Part shown: in pieces, positions 27,666 to 40,189 of the stretch
Layout of the letters: each line of letters opens with the position of its first letter
Numbering within the stretch: the first letter of the stretch is position 1
Assembly: GCA_964016885.1 (NCBI GenBank)
Contig: OZ024742.1
Location: 253,332,001-253,396,000, forward strand
Direction of reading: 5' to 3'
From: Eledone cirrhosa
Taxonomy: Eukaryota
DNA: 64,000 nt
The notes under the pieces: model-generated
The model's database searches: none
What the model was told of the DNA's origin: nothing
Seen by the model: only the letters and a program-made list of their open reading frames with translations
Made by a program: the position numbers and the translations under genes

Positions 27666-29835
27666 ACTCTTTGAGTCTCAGTCATTGATGTTAGTTAACT
27701 GGAAAGTTTGTTGAAATGAATATCAAGCCACTACCTGCAGCCTCAGATATTCAGGACGTATCGGAGGGTTCTTGCTGTTCCCAGCAAGCATGCCTTTGGA
27801 AGCTTTCCAAAAAGCGTGAAGGAGCCAATTTTCTTTAACCATCCCTGGAAACTTTTTGAGATAGTCCCTAGTGCGCCTATGACAATCGGGATCACTTTGA
27901 CTTCATGGCAGTTCCAAATCCTTTTTACCTCCCACTTTAAGTCCTGGTATCGGTTAATTTTCTCCCTCTCCTTCTCTCGTGTCGAATGGGCAGGCCACAT
28001 CCAAAATCAGGCACGATCTTTTTTCTTTGTCCACAACCACCAGGTCACGTCTATTGTGTTCCAGTTTCTTGTCCGTCTGTATCCTAAAATCCCACAGCAC
28101 CTTCACCTGATCGTTTTCTATCACCGACTCTGGCTTATGCTCATACCACTTCTCAGAATGTGGTAAATTGTTTACTTTGCATAGGTGCCAGTGGATCACC
28201 CTGCCCATCACACCATGTCTCCAGCTCTTATAGTGAGTCTGGGCTAGGTGTTTACATTCGGATACAATGTGAGCCACAGTCTCCTCTCTCTCTCCACAGA
28301 TCCTGCACAGTGGGCTAGCTTCCTCCTTGTAAATATGGTGTTTCAACCACTTCGTTTTGAGGGCCTGCTCCTGCGCAGCCATTAACATTCCTTCTGTAGC
28401 TTTTTTAAGGTCTCCTCTGTTCAACCAGTTCTATGTCTGTGGATCTGTGAATTCAGTTTTCTCAAAGAAGGTACTATGAAGGGATTTTTCCTGAAGGCTG
28501 CTCTTTCTCCTTGATGTTATTTCCTCCTTGGACATCCCTTGGCCTATTGTCCCCTCCTTCAGTACTGTTCTGAGCATTAGCTCCTTACTATCAGTCACGT
28601 ATTTGTGTAGGTTGTTTTTCTCCATCTGAACACAGTCCTCTATGCTGATAAGACCTCTTCCACCTTCAGATCTCCTTAAGTAGAGTCTATCGACATCACT
28701 CCTCTTGTGGAACATGTTGTAGATAGTCAATAGCTTCCTAGTCTTCCTATCCATTTCTTTTTGTTCAGCAACATTCCATCTCAGAATTCCAGCACTGTAC
28801 CTAATAATAGACACAGCTCGGGAATTTACTGCACTTATGGCATTCCTACTGTTCAGATGTGACTTTAATACGCTCCTTACTCTCCGAATGTATTCAGTTC
28901 TTATCAATTCCTTATTTTTTTTGTTCTTGATGTCATCAGCCTCCAGAACACCCAAATACTTGTATCCTTCTTCAGAGTCAATTTCCTTTATCATCTCACC
29001 TGTTGGTACCTGGATTCCGTTACTTCTGCTCAATTTACCCCTCTTCATCACAATGACTCCACACTTACTAATACCAAATTGCATACATATATCATTGCTG
29101 AAAATACGGACAGTGTCAACAAGCACATCCAAGTCCTTCTCACTCTTCCCGAAGAGCTTAAGATCGTCCATGAAGAGGAGGTGATTGATGGTAAGCCCTC
29201 CCTTTCCCAACCTGTATCTTGCTCTCACTTTTCGCAGTACACTGGTCAGGGGCATCAGGGCAAGGACAAAAAACAGAGGGGACAGACTATGTCCCTGGAA
29301 GATACCTCTCTTGATTCTCACGCTTCCCAAGGATTCTCCAGTTGATGTTAACTCTGTTTCCCAGGACTTCATACTTTTGCCCAACAACTGTCTGATGTTA
29401 TCTGCCACCCTGAAGATCTCCAGGCTTTTGGTGATCCAAGAATGAGGCACCATGTCAAATGCCTTTTTGTAGTCTATCCATCCCATGGCAAGACCAGTGT
29501 GTCTCCTCTTGCAATTCCTCATTACCATCTTATCAATAAGTAACTGGTCCTTTGTACCACAGGACTTCTTTCGGAATCCTTTCTGTTTGTCCGGTAACAA
29601 GTTGTTTGTGTGGAGGAGATGGTAGATTTCCTCAGACACAATGCTTGTCAACAGTTTCCACATTACGGACAGACATGTGATAGGTCTATAGTTGGTAACA
29701 TCATTACCCTTGTTTCGGTCTTTCATTACCAGAACTGTGGTACCTTTTGTCAACCACTCTGGTACCTCACCTGACATCAAGCAGTCATTGAACATGGTTG
29801 TCAGTTTCGGGTGGAGGGATGTTATATTTTTAATC
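27666..29835 (-). mobile_element. 5'-truncated Dong/R4-clade non-LTR retrotransposon (RT + CCHC + RLE), pseudogenised
   Basis: YRPITCL, WIDYKKAFD, GIFQG.SLSP, HLLFMDDLKL, YKYLG; CRICGEREETVAHIVSEC; RH, DLVVVD..D, EKINRY, PIVIGALG; stop at 28431 and frameshifts. Confidence 0.9.
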
Positions 29836-29891
29836 CATATCTGTTATATTTTTATTTTTCAAATCCACTGTCAATAAAGACACCAGGATTT

Positions 29892-29951
29892 TTTCATTCT
29901 GATGAATGAAAGCAATTTTGGTTGCTTTCAAGAAACCACTGGTAAATGAAA
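29892..29951 (+). ncRNA. Type I hammerhead, family F
   Basis: TTTCATT-CTGATGA-a-TGAAAGCAA ttttgg TTGCTTTCA-a-GAAA-CCACTGG-TA-AATGAAA. Confidence 0.85.
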
Positions 29952-30907
29952 TAATTATCTTATGTTGTTTATTACATGTAACCTACATAGAGCACTCTTT
30001 TTTCCTGGACCTTTCCGACGGAATCACTTCATATATATATATATGCAGAGGTTATATTTAATTTGTTGGGATTCAACAAGCTTAAACATTTTTATAACTG
30101 ATATAAAGCACTCAACCGATTAGTGGAGTAAATACACAATATATTAATAAATGGAAACTATATATATATGTATAATAAAATAAATATGGTTTTATAAATA
30201 TAGTTTCCATTTATTAATATATTGTATATATATATATATATTTTATCTTGTGCATTTGCTTACCACGTGTGTTTGTTTATTTATTTTTATTTATGTTTTC
30301 CTTTCTGTATCGCTGTCAACTTAATAATAATTCTTATTTTCTTAATTCTTATTTTTTATTTTTTCATTTGTATGTGACGGCCTAATTCTGTATTTGGTTG
30401 TTCATTGATTTTTATTTATTCTTATAATTATATGTGTGTGTGCGTATGTAGGTATATATATCTATATATGTGTGTGCGTATGAATGTGTGTATATGTGTA
30501 TGTATGTGTGTGTATGTATGTGTTTATATATATATATGTATATATATATATGTGTGTTTGTATATTTATGTTTATGTGTATGTATGGATATATATATATA
30601 TATATATATGTAAAAGTTCTATTTAAATTGTTGGGATACAACAAGCAAATTTTTATAACTGATATAAAGCACTCAACAAATATTTGGAGTAAAAATACGA
30701 TATTAGCAAATGGAAACTATATTCATAAAATCATATTTATTTCATTATACATATTTGAAGGACACCAAGTTAAATTATGGTGTGCTTTCATCAGATAAAA
30801 TATAATATAGATCAGTTTTATAGATAAATATTGACACACCCTTAAAAAATGCAACAGTAATGGTTTAAGGGTATGTCAATATTTATCTATAAAACTGATC
30901 TATATTA

Positions 30908-30972
30908 TATTTTATCTGATGAAAGCACACCATAATTTAACTTGGTGTCCTTCAAATATGTATAATGAAATA
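30908..30972 (+). ncRNA. Degenerate hammerhead (GAAA>CAAA), family G; inverted twin at ~30738-30802
   Basis: TATTTTAT-CTGATGA-AAGCACACCA...TGGTGTCCTT-CAAA-tatgta-TA-ATGAAATA in a fold-back repeat 30710-31000. Confidence 0.55.
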
Positions 30973-31501
30973 AATATGGTTTTATAAATATAGTTTGCAT
31001 TTGTTAATTCGTATATATCCTCACCCGATCCTCACGCCTCCTGATGCGCAACTCCATCCGCGCCTCCCGTTCCACCCTCCGCCTACTTGACCACCAACTG
31101 ACCCCCCCCCCCTCCTCCGCCTTTACTCCACCTGCCACCCCCTCTTCGCCCAAGCCATCCTCTCCTTCATCCACAACCTCAACCACAACCTCTTCTCGTT
31201 CCTCAGCTCCACCAAAGCCCGCAAGCTACACTCACTGCCCCCCCCCCCCATCCACCACCACCCGCCATCCCCATACGCCCACCACTCTCCACCTCTCCCT
31301 CGACCCACACCCCTACCCAATCTCCCCCCTCCACCTCCCCCTCACCCCCCAAACACCCAAACCCCACCCCTTGTTGTCACCATACCCCCTGACCTCCCCC
31401 TCTCCGCACCTGAGCGCTCACTCCTTAGTAGAGGCCTTCGCTTCATACCCCACACTCCGCACAGCGACGAGTTCCGCACCCGAACGGAAGTCGAGCGATT
31501 C

Positions 31502-32737
31502 GTGCGACGCACTAAGCTACAGGCACATTTCGGCCGAACGCCAGCGGCTCCGGACGCCCCAGACCCGTTTCTCGCCCTGGGCCGACGACCATCTTCTTGG
31601 ACGCCGGCCCCAGGGCAATTTAGCACCCTGGACGCCTTCGTCGATGCCAGCCGTAGCGCAGTAAATCGTTTCGACTTCCGCCACCGTTCCAAACGGCACA
31701 ATATCTCACGGGGCGAACTCCTCGCTCTCCGCTCCCTCCGTAGCCGAGATGACATCGTCATCAAACCGGCGGACAAGGGAGGCGCCGTAGTGGTATGGCG
31801 CGCGGACCTCTACACGGCCGAAGCCCTCAGGCAGCTCTGTAACCCCCTCTTTTACCGCCCTCTACCCTCCGATCCCACCCCCCTCTACCAACAACAAGTC
31901 TCCTCCACCATCAAAGATCTTATCGCCTCCTCCCTCCTCCCCCCCACCGCTTCCCACCTCATCGTCCGCACCCCCCGCACCCCCACCATGTACTTCCTCC
32001 CCAAACTCCACAAACCCGACAACCCCGGCCGCCCCATCGTCTCCGCTTGCAACTGCCCCACCGAACTCATCTCCGCCTTTCTCGACTCCCTCCTCGCCCC
32101 CCTTGTCACCACCCTCCCCTCCCACATCTCCGACACCAACCACGCCCTGCGCCTTTTCGACTCCTTCACCTACCTACCCGGCCCACAGCCCTTCCTCTTC
32201 ACCCTAGACATCAAGTCCCTCTATACAGTCATCCCCCACGCCGACGGCCTTCGTGCCCTCAAACACTACCTCGACCTTCGCCCCTCCCCCATTCCCTCCA
32301 CCCCCACTCTCCTTCGCCTCGCCAAGCTGGTCCTCACCCTAAATTGTTTCTCCTTCTCGGGTGAGTTTTACCAACAGGTCACGGGGGTAGCCATGGGCAC
32401 AAGAATGGGCCCGAACTATGCCAACCTTTTTGTTGGCCATGTTGAGGCCCAAATCTTTGCCAAGTACACCGGCCTCACGCCCGAACTGTACGGTCGTTAC
32501 ATTGACGACTGTATCGGAGCCACGACCCTCACCCGAGAACAGCTCGACTCCTTTCTCTCCTTCTTCTGCTCCTTCCACCCCTCCTTCCACTTCACCACCT
32601 CTATCTCCACCACCCACGTCCACTTCTTAGACATCTCCGTCGCCTTCGACCCCTCCCACCACTCCCTCGTCACCTCCGCCTTCTTCAAACCCACCGACTC
32701 CCACTCTTACCTCGACTTCCTACCCCACCCACACTAA
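31502..32737 (+). pseudogene. PLE reverse transcriptase core
   Basis: 411-aa frame with RT motifs; frameshifts on both sides. Confidence 0.88.
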
Positions 32738-34746
32738 ACACTCCATTCCCTACTCCCAACTTCTCAGGATCCGCCGCCTCTGTAGCCGTGATGCTGACTT
32801 CGAATCCCAGGCCCTTTCCCTAGTCAGCCATTTCATCCGCAGAGGTTACCCTCCTCTCTCGTCTACACCGCTCTCACCCGCGCCCGTGCTATCCCCCGCT
32901 CCACCACCCTCACCCCACGCCACCGCACACCCACCCACCGTCTCCCCTTCCCCATCACCTACCACCCATCCACCTTACCCCTCCACCGCACCATCCGCCG
33001 CCTCTTCCGACGCCTCCAGTCCGACCCCTCCACCTCCCACATCTTCCCAACCCCACCACTCCCCTCCTTCAAACGCGCACGCAATCTCCGCACCCTCCTC
33101 GTCCACAGCTCCCTACTCCCCAACCCACGCTCTGTTTCCCCCCCGGTTCCTTTCCCTGTTCTAGGCCCCGCTGCAACACCTGTCCCCACATCACCAACAC
33201 CACCACCTTCCAGGGTCCCAACGGCCACCCTCTCTCGGTCCGGCATGCCTTCCGCTGCACCTCCTCCAACCTAGTCTACGGACTTCGCTTATGTCGGACA
33301 GACGAGACGTCGCCTGGCGGACCGAGTCACGGAGCACCTCCGGGATATTCGTCTCGGGGGCAGTTCCCCCATCGCCCGCCACTTTGGTGGCCCTGGACAC
33401 TCCGCACGCCATCTCACAGTCTGTGGCCTACTCCAGTGCCACGGAACACCCGCCCATCGCCTTACGGTCGAACAACGAACTATCTTCATCTTACAGACCC
33501 ATACTCCCCCCGGCCTGATCTCCCCACCCTTATTCCTTTAGCGTTCGACCGCCCCCTCCCCCCACACTTATCCCCCACTAACACCACTAACACACCCCTC
33601 CTTTTCACCGCCCACCCCACACTAACAATACTAACACCTCCACTCCACCCCTCATCTGACCACCCTTCCCCAACTAACATACTAACATCCCTTCCTTCCC
33701 CTCTTCTCCTCCTCCCCCTCCTTATCACACGCACACACGCACCCACTTACACCTCCCACCCCACACGCAACTAACACCACTAACACCCCCCAACCCCACG
33801 CACACGTACCCACACACCCTCGTACACCACCAACTCTACACACCCTACCACCACTAACCCCCACTCACACCTGCATTCAACCCCTCCCCACCTCCCGTAT
33901 ACTAACACCCACTAACACATCTTCACCAAACTACACACACACCAGTACACCACACTCCCTCCATAGAACCACACACACCCTTCTCTCCCCGCTCCACCCA
34001 CACCCCCGCTCCACACTCACTCATCCGATTAACACCCCTACTAATACACACACACACACACACACCCTCCTCACTCCAACTTTCACACCTACCCATCCTC
34101 GCCCCCTTAGCATTCCACCGACTGCTGCTATGCCCTTCTGACCACCTCCCAGCACCAACAGACCACAGCACTCCCACTGCTGACCACTTCCTGTTGCGCG
34201 CGCACCCCACATCTCTCCTCTTCCGACCACCGCTTCATGGATTACCCACACGCAGAAATTGACTTATAACCAATCCTCCTAACATCCTTGGAACTTACCA
34301 ACTTTTCAACCATCCCCTATCCACACACGCACAGACACTCCGACCCACAAAAACACCCCCCACACACACCTCTTCCTGAACATGCAACCCCGTTCTTCCC
34401 CCAACACTTACTTTCACATACACACACACACACACACACGCACACCTACACACACACACCACCTTCAGCCCTCCCCGCTCGGACACCCCGTCTCCCTCTC
34501 CCCACTCCACCCGCCACCACCCCTACTCACCCTACACCCTTCCACCACCTGTTTACCCCCCTTTTAATTTCAGTTTATTTTGATCATGCCTTTATTTTTA
34601 AATTTTCTCATTCCTTGTATTTTGATCATGCTTTATTTTTATTTTTTATCTTTATTTGTTAATTTTTCATTCGCACCGTTTCCTTTCGCTATATGTCTCT
34701 CCACCACTCCCCTACACACCTTTTGAACTCTGTTCCCACACACTTC

Positions 34747-34782
34747 TCACCTGAGGAAGGGCTTATGCCCGAAACGTCGTCC
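34747..34782 (+). ncRNA. Minimal hammerhead of the Neptune-like PLE
   Basis: AC-CTGAGGA-a-GGGC ttat GCCC-GAAA-CG-TC-GT; palindrome ACGT. Confidence 0.8.
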
Positions 34783-34868
34783 CCCACCTACCTCCCACTC
34801 TCCTGAGCGTGAAATTAATAAACATTTATTGTACTGCCTCTCTGTTTTGTCCCTGTTCAAATTTTTCC

Positions 34869-34910
<42 letters not shown>

Positions 34911-34950
34911 CATATATATATATATATATGTATGTGTATATATATATATA

Positions 34951-35023
<73 letters not shown>

Positions 35024-35166
35024 GTGTGTGTGCGTATGCGTGTGTGTTTATCTACTTTTATATTTATTATTCTTTTTCTCCTTTCCCTCTTCTTCCTCCA
35101 GCCTCACTTTCATATATATTATATTTTTGTTTTTCAAATCCACTGTCAATAAATACACCAGGATTT

Positions 35167-35226
35167 TTTCATTCTGATGACTGAAAGCAAATTTGTTTGC
35201 TTTCAAGAAACCACTGGTAAATGAAA
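35167..35226 (+). ncRNA. Hammerhead, family F
   Basis: Same fold as 29892. Confidence 0.82.
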
Positions 35227-35326
35227 TAATTATCTTATGCGTTTATTACATAACTAATAAGCTCTGTAACCTACATAGAGCACTCTTTTTTCCTGTACCT
35301 TTCTGACGGAATTACTTCATTTACAG

Positions 35327-35398
<72 letters not shown>

Positions 35399-35427
35399 GG
35401 AAAAATTTGAACAATATATATATATAT

Positions 35428-35940
35428 ATTGTTATACTTAAGGATGGTCATGCTGCCAATAAAAACACATGCACCTGTTGGTTTTCACTTTAATTTATTA
35501 TAACTTTCCAGTTGGTTGGTTGGTTCGATAACTGGGACGTTGTTAATATATTGTCAAAGCTCTTTTGTCACACATTCTGTGACCTCCTTAGTGACTAGGT
35601 TTTTATTTTGTGTCTCTTCTTTGTTCTTTGCTAAACCATCTTGTTTTTGTTTGTTGTGTGTTGTGTGCTTAGTTTGCACATGCATTACATCCAGGTGTGT
35701 GTGTTTTTATTTATTTAATTATGTGTTTATTTACTTGTCATTAGTTGGTTATTTGTTCTGTGTGTGTCCGATTTGTCTTGTTAGTTTGGTTTATGTGTGT
35801 GTCTGTATGTCTTAATTTTGTCCTTAATTACTAGTTATGATGTTGCTATTCCACTCATGTTTTCTGTTTAATTTGATTGGAGTTCATTTATATTTGTCGC
35901 CTCTGTGATTTGTCTGAGAATTGCACCTTTTCTGTATAGT
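35428..35940 (-). mobile_element. Diverged 3' end of a family-A-related PLE with decayed HHR
   Basis: Encodes RQITEA...NRKHEWNSNI; terminus ...AAGTATAACAA before (TA)n. Confidence 0.8.
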
Positions 35941-36323
35941 TTTCAAACAAAATTTTCACAGCAGTATAGTGGTTTGTAGTGACTGATAGATGTAAAACTG
36001 ACTCATCAAACGAAACTTACACAGCAGTACAGTGGTTAGCAGTGACTGATAAATGTAAAACTGACTTGTCATGGTACTGCAGGGATTGCAGAGAGTGGGG
36101 CATGCTTCACAAAATAAGAGTTATTTTATTCTCTGTATTTGTTGTTTTTGTGGGAGAGAAGTGGTTAAGACAAAAGCAGTAATATTTATCAATCTTTAGA
36201 GTGCAACTGAGTAAAATTTAGTAGATAGGAACAGTTTGGAAACCCATCAGATGGATTGTAATTCTAAAAGCCAGTCTTGTCACACAGTGTGTCATACTGA
36301 ATTTCAATGAAGAACATCATTAA

Positions 36324-36531
36324 CCCTTTAGCATTTAGATTACTCTATATGTACTATTTCTTTTTCATGGTAAACACTTCACCTCACATGATATCAAATC
36401 TATGAGATATTGATATTAATCATTTTGAGAACAATAACTTAACATCAGTATTAGTGGCTAGTTATGGCCGGTTTGAACTGAAAGATATAAGAGAATTTTT
36501 GGTGGATATGGCTGGTATAAATGCTAAAGGG
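36324..36531. mobile_element. piggyBac-type MITE
   Basis: TIR CCCTTTAGCATTTA / TAAATGCTAAAGGG with TTAA on both sides. Confidence 0.75.
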
Positions 36532-37328
36532 TTAATGGTACATATAATCACTGGAATGCTCAGCCACTTGATAGCTACTTTAACATATAGTCTGTTTGGT
36601 TATATAAACAACTGGATCACTTATTGTCAAAACTGACATAAGTTGTATATTAATACTAGCTGAGGTACCTGGCTTCACCCGGGAGAACAGAGAAAACGAC
36701 TGTATATGATGTGTTGTCAGGTTTGAGGTGAAACCATAATGTGTGTGTGTGAGAGAGAGAGAGACATAAAAAAACAATCATAAAACTTCCTTATTAGACT
36801 TGGGGAGTAAACTGCCGATTAAATGGTAGCATTCGCCTTGGATTTTAAATGCTTGAAATAACCATAGTCAGTATGATCTTTTTCAGCTACAAAGGACGTC
36901 ATCTGCAACACAGCAATATACCGCATAACATTGCTTCTGAAGTGTTGCTTCGTTAGTATGGTCTGTAAATAGTATATGGATAAAAGCTGAAGGGTAGATT
37001 AATTTCAAATGGCATCAATTTTTCTTTGTTCTGTAAAATCGAAGACTAAAATGACTTTATAAAAGGAAAAGAATGAAACGAAATTTCATTTCTCACTCTT
37101 AGTACGGCTGTTACTTAAATATAAGTATGTATACGTACATATATATATGTATACAGACGTACAGTAGTATGTATATATATATACATACAGGCACGCATAT
37201 ATATATGTACGTATGGATTCACCGAACGTTTATTATAATGCTCGGTGTGTTTGTAAACAAACATCCCGAATTAAGCCGTACAGTGTCTAGCAACCATCGT
37301 TGCTCATTTGTTCAACACTGACAAAGGA

Positions 37329-37371
37329 ACACTGTACTAGTTTCAAGCTTATTAGCTATCGTCAGCAACGT
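37329..37371 (-). ncRNA. Minimal hammerhead, family N
   Basis: Minus: ACGTTG-CTGACGA-tAGCTaataAGCTt-GAAA-CTAG-TA-CAGTGT. Confidence 0.82.
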
Positions 37372-37754
37372 ATACCTTCCTGCCAGATGATTAAACGTCT
37401 GAAAGTATATACTTTCCTTATGCATATTAACGGCTGAGCAGCCTAATTTGCATATCGAGTGAGTTAATCGGCCGGGCGCACCGAAAACGATAAACGGAAA
37501 AAGTGAAACGAAATTTGATTTCTCACTCTTAGTACGGCTGTTACTTAAATATAAGTATGTATACATACATATATGTATACAGACGTACAGTAGTATGTAT
37601 ATATATATACATACAGGGACACATATATATATGTACGTATGGATTCACCGAACATTTATTATAATGCTCAGTGTGTTTGTAAACAAACATCCCGAATTAA
37701 GCCGTACAGTGTCTAGCAACCATCGTTGCTCATTTGTTCAACACTGACAAAGGA

Positions 37755-37797
37755 ACACTGTACTAGTTTCAAGCTTATTAGCTATCGTCAGCAACGT
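37755..37797 (-). ncRNA. Minimal hammerhead, family N
   Basis: Identical to 37329, 426 bp downstream. Confidence 0.82.
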
Positions 37798-38392
37798 ATA
37801 CCTTCCTGCCAGATGATTAAACGTCTGAAAGTATATACTTTCCTTATGCATATTAACGGCTGAGCAGCCTAATTTGCATATCGAATGAGTTAATCGGCCG
37901 GGCACACCGAAAACGATAAACGGAAAAAATGAAACGAAATTTCATTTCTCACTCTTAGTACGGCTGTTACTTAAATATAAGTATGTATACGTACATACAT
38001 ATATGTATACAGACGTACAGTAGTATGTATTTATATATACATACATGCACACATATATATATATATGTGTGCATTTAAATGTTCGGTGAATCCATACGTA
38101 CATATATATATGTGTGCATGTATGTATATATATATACATACTACTGTACGTGTGTATACATATATGTTTATACGTATACATACTTATACTTTATAAAAGC
38201 TAACGCAATATTGTTGAACCTTCCTATAGATCAAAGAATCTATAGTTTAAGCCGTTCTAGACTTTTGTAGGATATTACTCTCTCTGAATATCTAACACTT
38301 TTATTGTATCTCTCTCTGTATAACGGCCTATCTCTCTCTTTCTGCCTCTCCGTCTGTGTGTGTCTCTCTCTCTTTAGACATGTGTGTATATA

Positions 38393-38467
<75 letters not shown>

Positions 38468-39149
38468 ATTTGTGTGTGTGTGTGTGTATGTGTAGATTTC
38501 ATGTGATTCAACCAACCAACTAATAAACATTTTTCTTTTATATTATATATAGATATAGAATATTTGTATCCATTTTGTCTGTGGAATACTCAACCACTTG
38601 AGTGTTACTTGAACATATAATCTGTTTGCTTAACTAAACAACTGAATCGCTTATCGTAAAAACTAACATAAGTTGTATGGAAGTTGTATCTTCACTTTGT
38701 CTGTGGAATACTCAGCCACATTGACCTTAATTTAAAGTCCAGGCTGTTTAGTTGACCAAACAACTGGAACACGCATCGTCAAAAGAGATGCAAGTATATT
38801 TATGGTAGTTTGTTTGAGTTTTGCCTATTCTTGTATATATATACATATATATATACAATAAAGAATGTCCATAGAATCATTTGATAAAATATATACATTA
38901 TTTCCTCTCCCACTCAGCATAATCAACCACACAGAAAACCAATTAGACAAGGCTATAAGATAGAAAGGCACCTATGAAGAAATACTAGATAAATAAACGA
39001 CAGCTATCTATCCGCGATCAACAGCTATATAATATTTACCCAGCATTTCTAATAGCACGTGGAAATCGATTAAATATATCGTCAACCATACACAATTAGG
39101 TATAAAATAAAAGTTAGAAGAAAAAAAGTATATAAGCATACCAAAATTA

Positions 39150-39234
39150 TGTTTCTACCCCATGAGGTATCATTCGCTTTTTGGAAATATCCGATCAAGG
39201 ATAAATTTACGAGTTTCGAAATCATCAGGAAACA
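39150..39234 (-). ncRNA. Degenerate hammerhead candidate (GAAA>GATA)
   Basis: Minus: TGTTTC-CTGATGA-tTTCG...CGAAt-GATA-CCTcatGGG-TA-GAAACA. Confidence 0.45.
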
Positions 39235-39265
39235 AACTCACTTGGACGAAGATATATATATATAT

Positions 39266-39429
<164 letters not shown>

Positions 39430-39464
39430 ATATTGAAGTTTGCTTGAAGCATTGTGGAATAATA

Positions 39465-39724
39465 AAAATTTTGTCGTTTTGGAAGCTTCAACAATGCAGA
39501 TGGATAAAAATCCGGATAACAGAATCCGGTGGTGAAGAGAGAGATGTAAGAGGAAATGTAAAATGAGACGTATAGTGTGTAGAGAAACGTAGGAAAGAGC
39601 GTAAAAAAAATAACATGAGATAGAGTTACCTTGGGAGATATTTAATTGTCCCTATATTTCGGATTCTGTTACCCGGAGATTTACCCATCTGCATTGTTGA
39701 GGCTTGCAAAACGACCAAATTTTT
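39465..39724. repeat. MITE-like unit with ~62-bp imperfect inverted repeats
   Basis: AAAATTTTGTCGTTTTG...AACAGAATCCG vs CGGATTCTGTT...CAAAACGACCAAATTTT. Confidence 0.65.
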
Positions 39725-40026
39725 AATATATATATATATATATGTTATATATATGTGTATATGTTATATATATATGTTTTATATATATATATATATATAT
39801 ATTTCGTTTCTGAATTTGTTTAGCAAGATTCTTTATCTGAAATCGTGTGTTGAAACCGATATTGTTATACTTTGGGAGGGTCATGTTTCCAATAAGAAAC
39901 ACACGCACCAGTTGCTTTCACTTCAATTTATTATAAATTTATAAATTTACAAATTAACAAATTTACAAACTTATAAATTTCTGGTTGGTTGGTTGGTTCC
40001 ACAACCAGATAGTTGTTTATATATAT

Positions 40027-40071
40027 AGTCATAGTCCTTTCGTCACACACTCTGTGACCTCTTCAGTGACT
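40027..40071 (-). ncRNA. Hammerhead, family A
   Basis: Reverse complement of 3827-3871. Confidence 0.85.
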
Positions 40072-40189
40072 GGGGATTCCTTTCTTCGTTTCTGTGCCTT
40101 TCCTTTCTTCTATCCTACGCCATTTTGTTTCTGTGTGTGTGTTGTGTGCTCAGTTTGCGCATGCGCCACATCCGGGTGTCTGTGTGTGT

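Larger units (their letters stand above)
31015..34870 (+). mobile_element. C-rich Penelope-like element (Neptune-like), frameshifted
   Basis: KPADKGGAVVVW, YFLPKLHKPDNPGRPIVS, LDIKSLYT, GVAMGTRMGPNYANLF, RYIDDC, KPTDSHSYL; Cys linker and YVGQT..R...EH at ~33150-33400; HHR near 3' end. Confidence 0.9.
37065..38190 (-). mobile_element. Tandem ~426-bp HHR-containing non-coding units (family N; retrozyme/pLTR-like) with terminal inversion
   Basis: ~2.3 direct units, one HHR each; 38073-38190 inverted. Confidence 0.85.

Noticed and set aside
36654-36685. Possible Helitron/Helentron terminus (ACTAGCTG...CCTGGCTTCACCCGGG)
   Set aside because: Only a short motif; no partner end identified
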